In this document: positions 26,259-36,133 of the stretch, piece by piece
How positions within the stretch are numbered: the first letter of the stretch is position 1
How the letters are laid out: each line of letters begins with the position of its first letter
Source of the DNA: a virus
Length of the DNA: 64,000 bases
IMG/VR virus record: IMGVR_UViG_3300031754_000002
Coordinates: 1-64,000 of that record
Direction: 5' to 3' (one strand)
Made by a program: the position numbers and the translations under genes
The notes under the pieces: generated by a model
Database searches by the model: none
The model's input: the letters and a program-made list of their open reading frames with translations, nothing else
Told to the model about the DNA's origin: nothing

Positions 26259-27947
26259 TCATGGCCCGACGGTGCCTTCTTCATACCCAGCCCCGCCTTC
26301 AACGGTAACCCCTTCGGGAATGTAGTAGCCCGCTGGCGGGTCGGGGAAGTGTTTGCCTTCTTCATTGACTTCTTTGAAGACATTCCACGTGGTGTTTTTC
26401 CATTTGGGCGCCCATTCGACCTGGTTATCGACGCCTTCCCATTGCTGACTGCTTTTGTCGGTCGCAACGTTATGGTTCCAGTGGACGAACACGGTGGGTT
26501 TTTCGCCGGTTCCGAATGGAGATGACGCGATGAGGTTGTGTTCGGTTGTCATTTCCGTGCCGGCCCCACGGCAAGCATTTTCCGATTTCAGACCGAGCCC
26601 AATGCCGAATCCCGCGCTTCCCATGAGTGGCATCGTGTTACGGGCGACCGTGAGACCTTCCACTTTCCAAATGTGCGATCCACCGCCTGCATAGGGCCCA
26701 AAGAGGTTGTCTTCGACATGTATGTTCTTAAGGGTCGCCGTACAGCTAATGGACCCTCCGCCATTCTCAAACTCAAGCGCGTCGTCCGACGCATATTCCG
26801 AGCCGTTTTTATACGGCCCCACGCCCGTCCCTTCGCCTTTGCCAATAACCACGTTGTGCTTGAAGTAAATGTTTTCGCCGCCCGTCTCCTGCCACACGTT
26901 CAGGTGAGCGCAGGGGAGGGCCCCAATGCCCATGAACAAGTTGTGTTCGACGTAGGCGCCTTCTTCACCACCGCCGTACTGCAGGTAGTGCCACTCAACT
27001 TCGTTGACCGTGTTATGGCTGAACGTGGTCCCCGTTACCAGTTCGCCAGCAGTAAAGGCCTGTCCGCTCGCTCCGGCTTTACATTTGGTGCCTTCGGCTT
27101 CGATCCCCGATTCGGGAAGGTCGATATTGTGAAAGTAGTTGTGTTCGATCGTGACACGTCGCATCATTCCTTCTTTTGTGGGTCCCTTCGCCACAACCCC
27201 ATTAGTCCCTTCGAATTCATCGTAGTACACCTCATAGTCATGGCTCCCTTTGTACGGAATCGCGTCTATGAATTCGAGCCCTTCGCCTTTGAACTTTAGG
27301 TGCTCCCAACGCTCGAACGAGCTCTTGCGCGGCTCAACCCTGGTGAGCGTTACTTTCCCTTCCGCGCCCGCACAGGGCCGGAAGCTGACGTATTCGGTGC
27401 GGTTGCTTTCGCCTTCGCCGCCGCTCCACGTCAGAAACGGGTATTCGCCTTCCTTGAAACAGAGCGTCTGCCCGTTTTTGAGCGCCTTCGCGTCCGCCTC
27501 GATCGTGGCAGCAGGCGTGGCCGGTTCGACTTCAAACGTCGGGGTGAAGCCTCCACCGCCTTCCACGATCCCCGTCGCCGCGCTAGTTGCAGTCAACACG
27601 CCAAACCCATTCGTAGCGGTGACTGCCGAGCGTAGCCTATGGCCTTCATCAGCTATGACAACCATGTATTTCTTCATGGTCGCTTCCCCGATATTGACGC
27701 AGGCTTCGCCTGCCGTATTGCAGCGCTTCCATTGATATGTGAACGTAGGGTTGCCCGTCCAGCGGCCGTCGGTGGTCGTAAAGACCTCACCTATGGAGGG
27801 GGCTGCTACCGAGCCAAAGCGAATATTCTGATCGAAATGGCTGAACGCGAGGGGTCGCCCCCTCAGTGCTGGCCCTGAGCCACCGCATCCCGCGATAAGG
27901 GCGAGCAGCACAACCCACCATATAGCGCGCTCGTGATTATTCGACAC
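26259..27947 (-). CDS. Signal/lipobox-bearing protein with Ig-like domain and right-handed beta helix
   Basis: VVLLALIAGC; GRWTGNPTFTYQWKRCN; repeated EHN.F/HNT coils. Confidence 0.7.
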   Translation of the reverse strand: MSNNHERAIWWVVLLALIAGCGGSGPALRGRPLAFSHFDQNIRFGSVAAPSIGEVFTTTDGRWTGNPTFTYQWKRCNTAGEACVNIGEATMKKYMVVIADEGHRLRSAVTATNGFGVLTATSAATGIVEGGGGFTPTFEVEPATPAATIEADAKALKNGQTLCFKEGEYPFLTWSGGEGESNRTEYVSFRPCAGAEGKVTLTRVEPRKSSFERWEHLKFKGEGLEFIDAIPYKGSHDYEVYYDEFEGTNGVVAKGPTKEGMMRRVTIEHNYFHNIDLPESGIEAEGTKCKAGASGQAFTAGELVTGTTFSHNTVNEVEWHYLQYGGGEEGAYVEHNLFMGIGALPCAHLNVWQETGGENIYFKHNVVIGKGEGTGVGPYKNGSEYASDDALEFENGGGSISCTATLKNIHVEDNLFGPYAGGGSHIWKVEGLTVARNTMPLMGSAGFGIGLGLKSENACRGAGTEMTTEHNLIASSPFGTGEKPTVFVHWNHNVATDKSSQQWEGVDNQVEWAPKWKNTTWNVFKEVNEEGKHFPDPPAGYYIPEGVTVEGGAGYEEGTVGP

Positions 27948-30900
27948 GGCCGATGATGGTGTATACAGGTGATGTGCTCTGTTCAAGTTCGGCCTCGGTG
28001 AGTTTGGCGCCAGCGGCTCCGAATGAAGTCGCCCCATATTTGTGCTTGCCGATGATCTTTGGGAGACTTTCACCCGCGACGGGCAAAAAGTTCGGGGGCA
28101 ACTGTGTTCCGGCCACGTTGATGGCGACGGTAGCCTGCGATTGCCCATAGGTCTGCGTGGCACCGCTATTCATCACAGCTGCGAGCAGTTCCTGGCCCGC
28201 CGTTACCGCCAATTCCGGTTTCTGTATAAGCCATGCGCCTGTGCCAGCTTCGACTTCGGCACCTTCCCACAACACCGTATACTGTTTTGCGGTGGTAGCG
28301 CCACAGTCGAAAATCGCGAGCCGCGTCGTTCCGTTGTGCGTTGCGGACCATACCGCCAGTTCCTTCAACGTGCCCGCCTTATATATCGGGTTCATGCGCA
28401 TAAACACGGCAAGGTTACCTTCCCCGATTGCGCCGTTCAATATCGGCTCTGGTGACCCTTTAGCCGCTATGGGCATCCAGACCGGGAGTATGCCAGCGCG
28501 GCCTTCCCCAACTGCTTCGATCTTAGCCGTTTGGACGAAGGCTGTTGTAGCGAGTTGTTCGGTATTCGTTTTCGCAGTCGCCGTCGGGCCTTTTGGCGTG
28601 CCAGTCAATACAGGCGAAGCGCGTGGGGCCTTCAGCGCCTCCGCCGCTTCCGCGCGTTCTTTCTCCGTTTTGACTTCGGCTTTAGTTGCTTCTTCCGCTT
28701 CCGTCTTTGTGGTCTGCGCGAACGCCGTCGTAGCCAACTGTTCGGTATTCGTTTTCGCGGCAGCACTCGGGGCTTTCGGGGTTCCGGTCAGCATGGGGCT
28801 GGCCAACGGTGCCTTCAGCGCCTCCGCCGCTTCTGCGCGTTCTTTCTCCACATTGACGCCCGCCGCACTCGTCCCAGCCGGATCGGACGCTGCTTCTGCT
28901 TCCGTCTTGGTCGTCTGCGCGAACGCCGTCGTGGCGAGTTGTTCGGTATTCGTTTTTGCGGCAGCCGTGGGGGCTTTCGGCGTACCCGTTAGAACAGGAC
29001 TGGCAAGAGGCGCCCTCAGTGCCTCGGCGGTTTCCGCCCGTTCTTTCTCAGTTTTGGTCGAGGCCGTCGCGATAGCTTCAGCTTCAGCTTTGCTGACTCC
29101 ACCGGGGTTTTCGGCTACAGCGCCCGTTACGAACGCGGTGGTCGCCACCTGTTCCGTGTTGGTTTTAGCGGCGGCTGTTGGTGCCTTCGGAGTGCCTGTA
29201 AGCACCGGGCTCGCTAGGGGTAGAAGGGGTATGCTTGAAGCCTCCGGCCCCGACCCCGATCGGCTCGCTGCGAGCACTCCCCATGACGGGAAGGGTTCCG
29301 GGATGAGATCCCCGGACCAAAACAATGGCCGTGGTCCATTCGGCGGCTTCGCCAGCACCGCAACACCAGCAGTGAAGATTCCAGTGCCCCCTGTGCAGCC
29401 TTCGAGTTTTTTGCCCGTGATTTTCGCGTATTTGACCGACTGTGGTTTCGTACTGAACGGGTTGACGACGACTTCGCCTTCCGCGTTGAAGCCCGTCGCG
29501 CTTTCGATTTCCATCGTGGCCGCCGGCAGCGTCACTTCGGCGTTGAGTGCTGTCGCACCCCCTTGGAAGGTCGATGCGTTCGTCATCCCCCATGTGGCGA
29601 GCCCGGAACCAGTCAGTTCCGCTGCCTGCACCATCGCGGCTAGCGCTTCGCTTTGCTGCGCGAACGTACCGCCTTCTTTGATCTTAACGTCTAGCTCACT
29701 GATGCGCGTTTTGCAACCCAGCGCCTGAAATTCCCGCATATGCCGGGCGAGTTCCGCCGTGCTCGGATAGTTCACACCCGCCGCGCCCGTTTCGCGGTGG
29801 CACTCAAAGCCCACGTTTAGGACTGTGGTCGGGACACCGATTTCGGTGAACACTTCCTTGAGCACTTCAACGAATTGCAGCGCCGCGAGGCCCTTTTCTT
29901 TTCCCGCTTTCCCCGCTTCATACTGGCTGTCCAGTTCAAGGCTGGCATCGTTATAGTAAAGCGGTAGAGTGGGCGTGATTTCCCAGCACCACTTGAAGCA
30001 TTCGGCGTAGAACCTCACGGCCGGGTTTGTCTTGACAATTTCGAGCGAGCCGCCGAAGTGTTCAGTCCAGAACGTTTCCCGCAGTTTGTTCGTCGCCGAG
30101 GTCAGGACCTCGTTTATCACATCTATCGAGACGATACGCGCTTTCGTTAGCGCTTCGGTAAGCGTTGACTGGATGTACACCTTCGCCGCGGCGCGTAGTG
30201 TTTCTTCCGTCCACGCCACAAGCGGGTTCGTCAACCATTCAGGGTTGTTGACATGCCAGATGAAGGTATGAAGATGTAGGGGAGTTGTCGTGCCGATGGC
30301 GGTGAGCATTTCCGCCATCAAGTGAAGGTCCGGCCCCGATGGTTTAGTGCGCCGTTCAGATTCAAGCGGCTTTGAGTTGTTCGAGAACGTCTTTTCGATC
30401 TTGCACTCGTTCTCGCACACCAACAGCTTCCAGAACTGCTGAAACAACGGCACGTAGCTCGTCCCGTGCTTGCCTTCAACGGTGCCCTGGTAGTTCAAGG
30501 CCGCCCCGAGAGCAATACCCCCCGTTGCTTCGCTAGCCGCCTTACCCACAAAGGCAGTCGTAGCGATCTGCGTCGTTTTCGTCCCAGGCGTAGCCGTAGG
30601 CGCTACTGGAGTTCCAGTCAGAGTCGGCGAGGCCAAGGGTGCCTTTAGGGCCTCGGCAGCTTCCGCTCTTTCTTTCTCGGCTTTCGCTTCGCCCGCTTTA
30701 TCAGACGCAGTTTCCGCGTCTTCCCTTGCCTCATCCGCCGCGCGATCAGCGTACGCAGTCGTAGAGACCTTCATGGAATTATCGCCTTCCGCTGGTGTCG
30801 GAGCGGTAGGAGTCCCGGTTAGTGCTGGGGATGCTAGGGGTGCTCTTAGGGCCTCGGCAGCTTCGGCGCGTTCGCGCTCGCCGACCACGTTACCGGCCCC

Positions 30901-31137
30901 GGTGGCTTCCGCGTTAGCCTGCGCAGTATTGGCTTTCGCTGTGGCGGCAGTGATTGCTTTGCCTTCGGCTGTCGTTGCCGAACCGAGAGGATCAGACGCC
31001 GCTTCCGCCGCTATCCGCGCAGCCATAGCCTGTGCTTCGGCGTATTCCGCGATCTGCTGACGGTCCTTCTCCAGTTCAACCGGCGAGAGCCACGGTGCTT
31101 TGTTTTCTTTCCATCCAAAGGGGCTAATCGGGGACAA
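27937..31137 (-). CDS. Tail fibre with APLASP repeats and an internal GH10-like glycoside hydrolase domain
   Basis: Six PxASPxLTGTP repeats; CENECK, HTFIWH, IDVINE, YYND, GFECH, ISELDV, ATWG. Confidence 0.8.
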   Translation of the reverse strand: MSPISPFGWKENKAPWLSPVELEKDRQQIAEYAEAQAMAARIAAEAASDPLGSATTAEGKAITAATAKANTAQANAEATGAGNVVGERERAEAAEALRAPLASPALTGTPTAPTPAEGDNSMKVSTTAYADRAADEAREDAETASDKAGEAKAEKERAEAAEALKAPLASPTLTGTPVAPTATPGTKTTQIATTAFVGKAASEATGGIALGAALNYQGTVEGKHGTSYVPLFQQFWKLLVCENECKIEKTFSNNSKPLESERRTKPSGPDLHLMAEMLTAIGTTTPLHLHTFIWHVNNPEWLTNPLVAWTEETLRAAAKVYIQSTLTEALTKARIVSIDVINEVLTSATNKLRETFWTEHFGGSLEIVKTNPAVRFYAECFKWCWEITPTLPLYYNDASLELDSQYEAGKAGKEKGLAALQFVEVLKEVFTEIGVPTTVLNVGFECHRETGAAGVNYPSTAELARHMREFQALGCKTRISELDVKIKEGGTFAQQSEALAAMVQAAELTGSGLATWGMTNASTFQGGATALNAEVTLPAATMEIESATGFNAEGEVVVNPFSTKPQSVKYAKITGKKLEGCTGGTGIFTAGVAVLAKPPNGPRPLFWSGDLIPEPFPSWGVLAASRSGSGPEASSIPLLPLASPVLTGTPKAPTAAAKTNTEQVATTAFVTGAVAENPGGVSKAEAEAIATASTKTEKERAETAEALRAPLASPVLTGTPKAPTAAAKTNTEQLATTAFAQTTKTEAEAASDPAGTSAAGVNVEKERAEAAEALKAPLASPMLTGTPKAPSAAAKTNTEQLATTAFAQTTKTEAEEATKAEVKTEKERAEAAEALKAPRASPVLTGTPKGPTATAKTNTEQLATTAFVQTAKIEAVGEGRAGILPVWMPIAAKGSPEPILNGAIGEGNLAVFMRMNPIYKAGTLKELAVWSATHNGTTRLAIFDCGATTAKQYTVLWEGAEVEAGTGAWLIQKPELAVTAGQELLAAVMNSGATQTYGQSQATVAINVAGTQLPPNFLPVAGESLPKIIGKHKYGATSFGAAGAKLTEAELEQSTSPVYTIIGRVE

Positions 31138-32449
31138 CGACTTCCTCCTCATAATGCGCCGGCCGGGGGTTACTGCGCCCGGCCCCACCGCCCTTGACAC
31201 CCATACCCGACGGTGCTAGACCGATTTTCGGTGCTAGACCCACTTTTGGGGCGAGCCCCGCGCTTCTCCGGGCGCTCGTGGGGTTCGACCGACCCGGTAG
31301 TCCAAGCGCGCCACGGAAGCGATGGAAGCCCTCCCGTATCCTCGAAGCTACCGACAGCACCGCTTGGCCTGATGCGCCCTTCCTACCCACGTTCGTAGTG
31401 ATTAGCGCTGCCCGTATCTGCGCTTCACCCTGAGTGCTCCTGCCACCAGCAGCCCCGATGACCCTCGCTGTAGTCCGGATCACGGCGTTGCCTTTGAACA
31501 CCGGTTCTTCGCTCGTTGCTTCAAGTTCAGTCGCCGCACGCAGGATCGCGGTGCCCGCAGCCGCCTTGACACCCGAAGCAGTCGATGACGCCGCTGCACG
31601 TAGACGGCCTACCCCACTCGCAAGCTTGACCCCAAGCGCCGTAGAGCGAGCGCCAAGATCTAGCGCAATCGTCCCTGCTGCCATCTTGCTACCGGATGCC
31701 GTATTCTTGGATGCCGAGTGGATTGTAGCTGTGCCTGTGGCGACCTTGCCGCCCACTGGCCGCAACCCTGCACCCGCGCGTAGGACAGCCGTCCCGGAGG
31801 CTTCCTTGGTCCCCGTCGCGGTCATCCTCACCGCAGCACTGACCATAGGGGCTTCTTCTTCGATTTCGGGTGGTTCAAGGATGCCAGGCGGTGGGTTCAG
31901 CCCAGCAGCTACTCGTAGCACACCGGACCCGATCCCGGTCTTCGAGCCGGTCGTTATGATCCGCGTCCCGCCACGAAGCGTCGCCGTGCCACCGAGTCCT
32001 TCCGTCCCAAGGCCAGCAATAGCCATCGGCCCGAAGCTCACCGGGGCGTTCCATGTCGCTTCGCTGACTTTCGTTATCGCCGCGTTGCTCGATTCGGCGT
32101 CCTTAGTGCCGCCTGCGCCGTGATCTTTGACATGGCAATTGCCCGCGATCGGCAGCAACGTCAGCCAGTAGAAGGTTCCTTTCACCACTTCCTGTGGCGT
32201 GATACTCACTTCGACTTCGATGCCCGGCAGTGCTTTTTCGCCTTCCGCGAGCACCGTCCCCGGTTTTTCCGCGTTATCGGCGAGCAGCGCAAGGACCAGA
32301 TGCGTACCCAAGATCGAGACAAGTTTGACCTTGAGCGTTTCCACCGTCCCGGTCACAGCAGCTTCAAACCGGAACGCTACAGCCTTCCCGGCTTTGATTT
32401 CCGCAGAAGTGGACGGCCCTTCGGCTTCGCTGCCTACTAGCAGCGTCAT
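31124..32449 (-). CDS. Virion structural protein with Ala/Gly/Thr repeats
   Basis: Inside the structural operon; periodic G.A.LRA repeats. Confidence 0.6.
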   Translation of the reverse strand: MTLLVGSEAEGPSTSAEIKAGKAVAFRFEAAVTGTVETLKVKLVSILGTHLVLALLADNAEKPGTVLAEGEKALPGIEVEVSITPQEVVKGTFYWLTLLPIAGNCHVKDHGAGGTKDAESSNAAITKVSEATWNAPVSFGPMAIAGLGTEGLGGTATLRGGTRIITTGSKTGIGSGVLRVAAGLNPPPGILEPPEIEEEAPMVSAAVRMTATGTKEASGTAVLRAGAGLRPVGGKVATGTATIHSASKNTASGSKMAAGTIALDLGARSTALGVKLASGVGRLRAAASSTASGVKAAAGTAILRAATELEATSEEPVFKGNAVIRTTARVIGAAGGRSTQGEAQIRAALITTNVGRKGASGQAVLSVASRIREGFHRFRGALGLPGRSNPTSARRSAGLAPKVGLAPKIGLAPSGMGVKGGGAGRSNPRPAHYEEEVVVPD

Positions 32450-32451
32450 CT

Positions 32452-33057
32452 CTACGGTGCCGGTGTACCTTCGGCAAGGTTCATGTCAGCCTCAGACGAT
32501 TTCACTTCATAGGTGCCTTCCGCGCCGAACGCCTCTGGGGTCGTAAGCACACTGATCCCCAGCAGCTTTTTCCCGACACCCTGCCCGGTTTCCGTTTCCC
32601 AGTAACCCTCAGCGCTGATCGTTTTCCCGGCAGGGATTTTCAGCGAGTGCGCGGTTACGTCTTCTGTCTTGCCTTCCGCCGCCGCACCAAAGTTCGTTTC
32701 TTTACGCGCATACGCCCCACCGGACATCTCGGTCAGGACAATGTATTCGCTTGACGCTTTGAGTTCTGTGGTGAATTCGACGGCTGTGCCGCCTTCCGTT
32801 AGCGACACTTCAAAATGCGCGGCGTTTTCCCCAATCACATAGTAGGGCCGCAAAGCAACCAGACCCGCGCCCCCGGACAGAACGCTGAAATACACCACGT
32901 TCCCGTTTTTCAGCGACTGCGCCTTTTTGATCTGTTTCCCCGCCACGCTCGCTTCAACCGCAGTAGCAACCGAAGACGAGTACGCACCGATCCACCGGAC
33001 GCTATTGTGCCACATGGCGTTCAGCCCAACGTTCTTCGCCTCACCAGTACACGGCAT
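32452..33057 (-). CDS. Virion structural protein (MPCTGEAKN...)
   Basis: GGAGG RBS; EMSGGAYARK motif typical of tail-fibre-associated proteins. Confidence 0.65.
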   Translation of the reverse strand: MPCTGEAKNVGLNAMWHNSVRWIGAYSSSVATAVEASVAGKQIKKAQSLKNGNVVYFSVLSGGAGLVALRPYYVIGENAAHFEVSLTEGGTAVEFTTELKASSEYIVLTEMSGGAYARKETNFGAAAEGKTEDVTAHSLKIPAGKTISAEGYWETETGQGVGKKLLGISVLTTPEAFGAEGTYEVKSSEADMNLAEGTPAP

Positions 33058-33287
33058 TACGCCACCTCCCCGTCCACGGTCGCAACACCCGTGATCACAT
33101 GCGCCGCGAGCTGGCACCAGCCCAAATCAAGCACCACATCCCGTGCTTGCTCCACGCCACCCTCCCTGAACCGCACACTCATCACGCCCTCGACACGCGC
33201 CTGCTGCTGTTCACACGCAGTCTGACCCATCTCCGGAGACTCCAACGTAGGGTTTTCGCCTTCCTTTTGGATCACCAGCTTCGGCAT
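33057..33287 (-). CDS. Hypothetical protein (MPKLVIQKE...)
   Basis: AAGGAG RBS; overlaps the next start. Confidence 0.55.
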   Translation of the reverse strand: MPKLVIQKEGENPTLESPEMGQTACEQQQARVEGVMSVRFREGGVEQARDVVLDLGWCQLAAHVITGVATVDGEVA

Positions 33288-33300
33288 TAGCAGCTCCTTT

Positions 33301-34254
33301 TCAAGCAATTGCGGGGTGAACGCGCTGAGGCGCAAGCATTTTCATGGCATGAGGAGGAATCGCGGTCATCGGCAGCGCCACTTCCGCGTCAGCGGCCGTC
33401 ATAAGGCCTCGCCCGCTTGGCTGGGTGGTCTGCCACCACCAGCGCAACGTCTCGATAGCGGCCATTTGCACATTGCCGGGAATCACGGCCTGTGAGGATT
33501 CGTAGACCACATGCACAGCGTTCCGGCCGGGCATGAACGCGATCACGCCACCGCCCGCTGTCCTGCGTGTTAGCTCACCGAACTGCGGGTTGACTTCCAC
33601 GCTATAGATCGAGCCGAACACAGGGTTAGCCACCAGGGAGAGAGGGTACTCTATGGGGCCACGGAACTCTGATGCACCAAGGATGTTTAGGACCGGACTC
33701 GTGCCATACCCAAACGTGGGTGGGTGTAGCAGGCTAATGATGTTTGAGCCACCGTCGAACTTTTCGTTGTAGATGCGTGGTGTGATCGGCCCAACCACAT
33801 GTTCTATCAACGGACCGATAGCACTGATCCATTCCCGGAGTTTCGCGTCCTGCGTACGATCCTGCGCGGGTATCTGCAGACGATCCAAGACTTCTGGTAG
33901 ACCGACGATCATCCCCGTCGAAGCAGTCGTTAGGTTCGGCTGCACTTCAAGCCACAGGTAACCCTCAGTCGGGAAGGTCTGTTCTTCCCCACCAGCGAAC
34001 GTGACATGCCAGCTTGCCAGATAGTTCCCCGGCGCCGAGGTATCCGCTTTGCTTGGGGCGTAGTACAGCTTGCCTTCTGCCGCGTTGACCGTCACCACTT
34101 CGCCACTCAATGGCGCGGGTTCCCTTGCCGTGAGTGAGCGGAGGATGAACTTGACCGTCGCGCCTTCTAGGTTGACTACTTCCGAATTGGCGTATTCCAA
34201 CTGGTCGTATAGTAGGGGCTCAGTATCTCCAGCGACTACCTTCCAATCGGCCAT
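33301..34254 (-). CDS. BppU-like N-terminal domain fused to a head-tail adaptor
   Basis: GDT.P...NLEGATVKF...DTSAPGNY...QTFP; then VGLPEV..RL...IPGNVQMAAIE. Confidence 0.7.
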   Translation of the reverse strand: MADWKVVAGDTEPLLYDQLEYANSEVVNLEGATVKFILRSLTAREPAPLSGEVVTVNAAEGKLYYAPSKADTSAPGNYLASWHVTFAGGEEQTFPTEGYLWLEVQPNLTTASTGMIVGLPEVLDRLQIPAQDRTQDAKLREWISAIGPLIEHVVGPITPRIYNEKFDGGSNIISLLHPPTFGYGTSPVLNILGASEFRGPIEYPLSLVANPVFGSIYSVEVNPQFGELTRRTAGGGVIAFMPGRNAVHVVYESSQAVIPGNVQMAAIETLRWWWQTTQPSGRGLMTAADAEVALPMTAIPPHAMKMLAPQRVHPAIA

Positions 34255-34262
34255 AGCTCCCC

Positions 34263-34607
34263 CTACACGCTCCGCCAGACGCCGTGCTCAATGAAGCCGT
34301 GGTAGCCCCCACAGCCGTGGACACCGTTGCAAAGCACGCTTGGACTGATCGTGAGCGGTTCCCAGCTCGCGACGGTCCACGTCGGGCCTGCCTTCTCGCT
34401 GTCCGGGTCGAAGTTGACATAGCCGCCGCACGCGCGACCATCCTGCGCGCGGTGCCAGAAGATGATGCCGACGCGCTCGCCGCTCGCGCTCCCGCGACTC
34501 CATTGGAAACAGCAGTCGGTCCCGATCCTCGTCAGCTTGACCTCTCGGTCGCGCAACAGGTCCTCGTATGTGTATGGGTCGTCGGCTGAGCTGATTGGGT
34601 TGCCCAT
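34263..34607 (-). CDS. DUF6527-like Cys/His protein
   Basis: W...LTISPSVLC...C..YHGFIEHGVW. Confidence 0.7.
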   Translation of the reverse strand: MGNPISSADDPYTYEDLLRDREVKLTRIGTDCCFQWSRGSASGERVGIIFWHRAQDGRACGGYVNFDPDSEKAGPTWTVASWEPLTISPSVLCNGVHGCGGYHGFIEHGVWRSV

Positions 34608-34613
34608 CGCTCC

Positions 34614-34976
34614 TCAGATGAAGCGAATGGAGATAGGCGAGCTAGTCGGTGCCGACGAATGCACGATCAGCACCGTCGGCACCGTTTTCGCGAACGACAG
34701 CAACGTCGGGTTCGATTCGCCTATCAATAGACCCCCGTCCGCTTCGTTCACATTCGTACGCAGCTTCAATTCCGCCGACACGTTCACCGGAGGCATAATC
34801 AGGCACGCGGTCGCTTCCCCGTTCCCTGGCACCGTGAAACGGTTATCGCCCATCACAAGATTCGACACAAGGGTCTCGCCGATCACCACCTTGCCGATGA
34901 TGCTCAACGGGCCAGTGTTGGTTTCCCCCAGGGGCTCCGTCTCCGAATGCCCCGTAATGTTCAGGGAGCCCGGCAC
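34614..34976 (-). CDS. Small virion protein
   Basis: In operon; beta-rich. Confidence 0.55.
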   Translation of the reverse strand: MPGSLNITGHSETEPLGETNTGPLSIIGKVVIGETLVSNLVMGDNRFTVPGNGEATACLIMPPVNVSAELKLRTNVNEADGGLLIGESNPTLLSFAKTVPTVLIVHSSAPTSSPISIRFI

Positions 34977-34977
34977 G

Positions 34978-35763
34978 CTACACCAGGATCATCAACGGGG
35001 CTTTAGCGATAGCCGTCAGCGTCGTTTCGAGTTTAGCTTCGGGTTTAACGCCTTCTTCCGCCGCCGGTTTATTCGATGCGGCAATGAACAATGGAGTTTC
35101 CTTGCCCGCCACTTTCTCGCCTTCTTTAGCGATCACCGCGAGCTTTACTTCCGTCGGCGAAATCAGACAAGTACCAATCGTGCCCACAGCCACATAGTTG
35201 ACGTAGATAAAGCCGTTGGGTGCGTTGGTTTCTGTGACCGTCAACGCGGCTTTCAACGTCCAGAAGAAGATTTCGTTGGCTTTCAGTTCCGTTGCCACAC
35301 TCGTTGATTCCGCGAGCAACGCTGGTTTCGCACCTTTGCCTTCATACAACGCCGCCTGCGAAGCGGTCATTGTTGAGAACGCGGTTTCCCCGACAAACAA
35401 CCCGATTTTCGAGATGACATCACCGGCCTTGACCGGGATCGGCACCGACACCCCGAATTTCGTGGCTGCCCCGGTCGCTTCATCTTTGCATCCAGACAAG
35501 CCCAGGTAGTCAAGATTCGACCGTCCCGGCCGTGACGTGTTCCCGACCTGTCGCTGGTTGCCGTACAACGCTGCGGCCTCACCGCCGGGCGATGTTTCCG
35601 CACCAGCGATGGGGGATACCGCCGCGGAAGGACCAGCCGACAGGTTCGCCAGCACCGATTCAACCATTGCCTGGCTGATACCGAGAATATCAGCGATTGT
35701 CGCCGTACCGTACTTTGCACCATACGCTAGATCAAAGATACGTTCGTTCTGCGTGATCGCCAT
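34978..35763 (-). CDS. Virion protein, paralog of 36134-36757
   Basis: RSNL...VPIPVKAGDVISKI vs RSNL...VPIPVEYGDIISKV. Confidence 0.7.
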   Translation of the reverse strand: MAITQNERIFDLAYGAKYGTATIADILGISQAMVESVLANLSAGPSAAVSPIAGAETSPGGEAAALYGNQRQVGNTSRPGRSNLDYLGLSGCKDEATGAATKFGVSVPIPVKAGDVISKIGLFVGETAFSTMTASQAALYEGKGAKPALLAESTSVATELKANEIFFWTLKAALTVTETNAPNGFIYVNYVAVGTIGTCLISPTEVKLAVIAKEGEKVAGKETPLFIAASNKPAAEEGVKPEAKLETTLTAIAKAPLMILV

Positions 35764-35775
35764 TCGTGTCTCCTT

Positions 35776-36075
35776 TTATTCGGTCACAGCCTCGGGCGAC
35801 GTGACGGCCGTAAGGGTCTCCTCCCGATTGCAAATCTCGCAGCGGTCCGCGATGGCTCCATGCTCGCAGCGCGGCATCGGCCTGCGACCCCTCCGGGGAC
35901 GCTCAGCCATCGTGTTCTCCATCGGCTCCGGGGTCACGGTTTCCAACGGGCCAGCTGTCTCACCTACCCCTAGACGGCCAAGTTCGATCTTCATACACCG
36001 GACCATTGACGCATCGCCGCGCGAGCGGGCGCTAGCGAGAGCCTGTCGAAAACTGGCGATACGCGCTGCACTCAT
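35776..36075 (-). CDS. Hypothetical protein (C-x-H...C-x2-C)
   Basis: AAGGAG RBS; in operon. Confidence 0.55.
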   Translation of the reverse strand: MSAARIASFRQALASARSRGDASMVRCMKIELGRLGVGETAGPLETVTPEPMENTMAERPRRGRRPMPRCEHGAIADRCEICNREETLTAVTSPEAVTE

Positions 36076-36133
36076 TTACTGCTCCTTATCCGGTGGAGGG
36101 CCGGCATAAGCACCGGCCCTCACTATCGAGTGG

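Noticed and set aside
24004-31137. AAA systematically recoded as Leu by the odd tRNA
   Set aside because: Lys residues occupy polar positions in recognisable motifs, not Leu positions.
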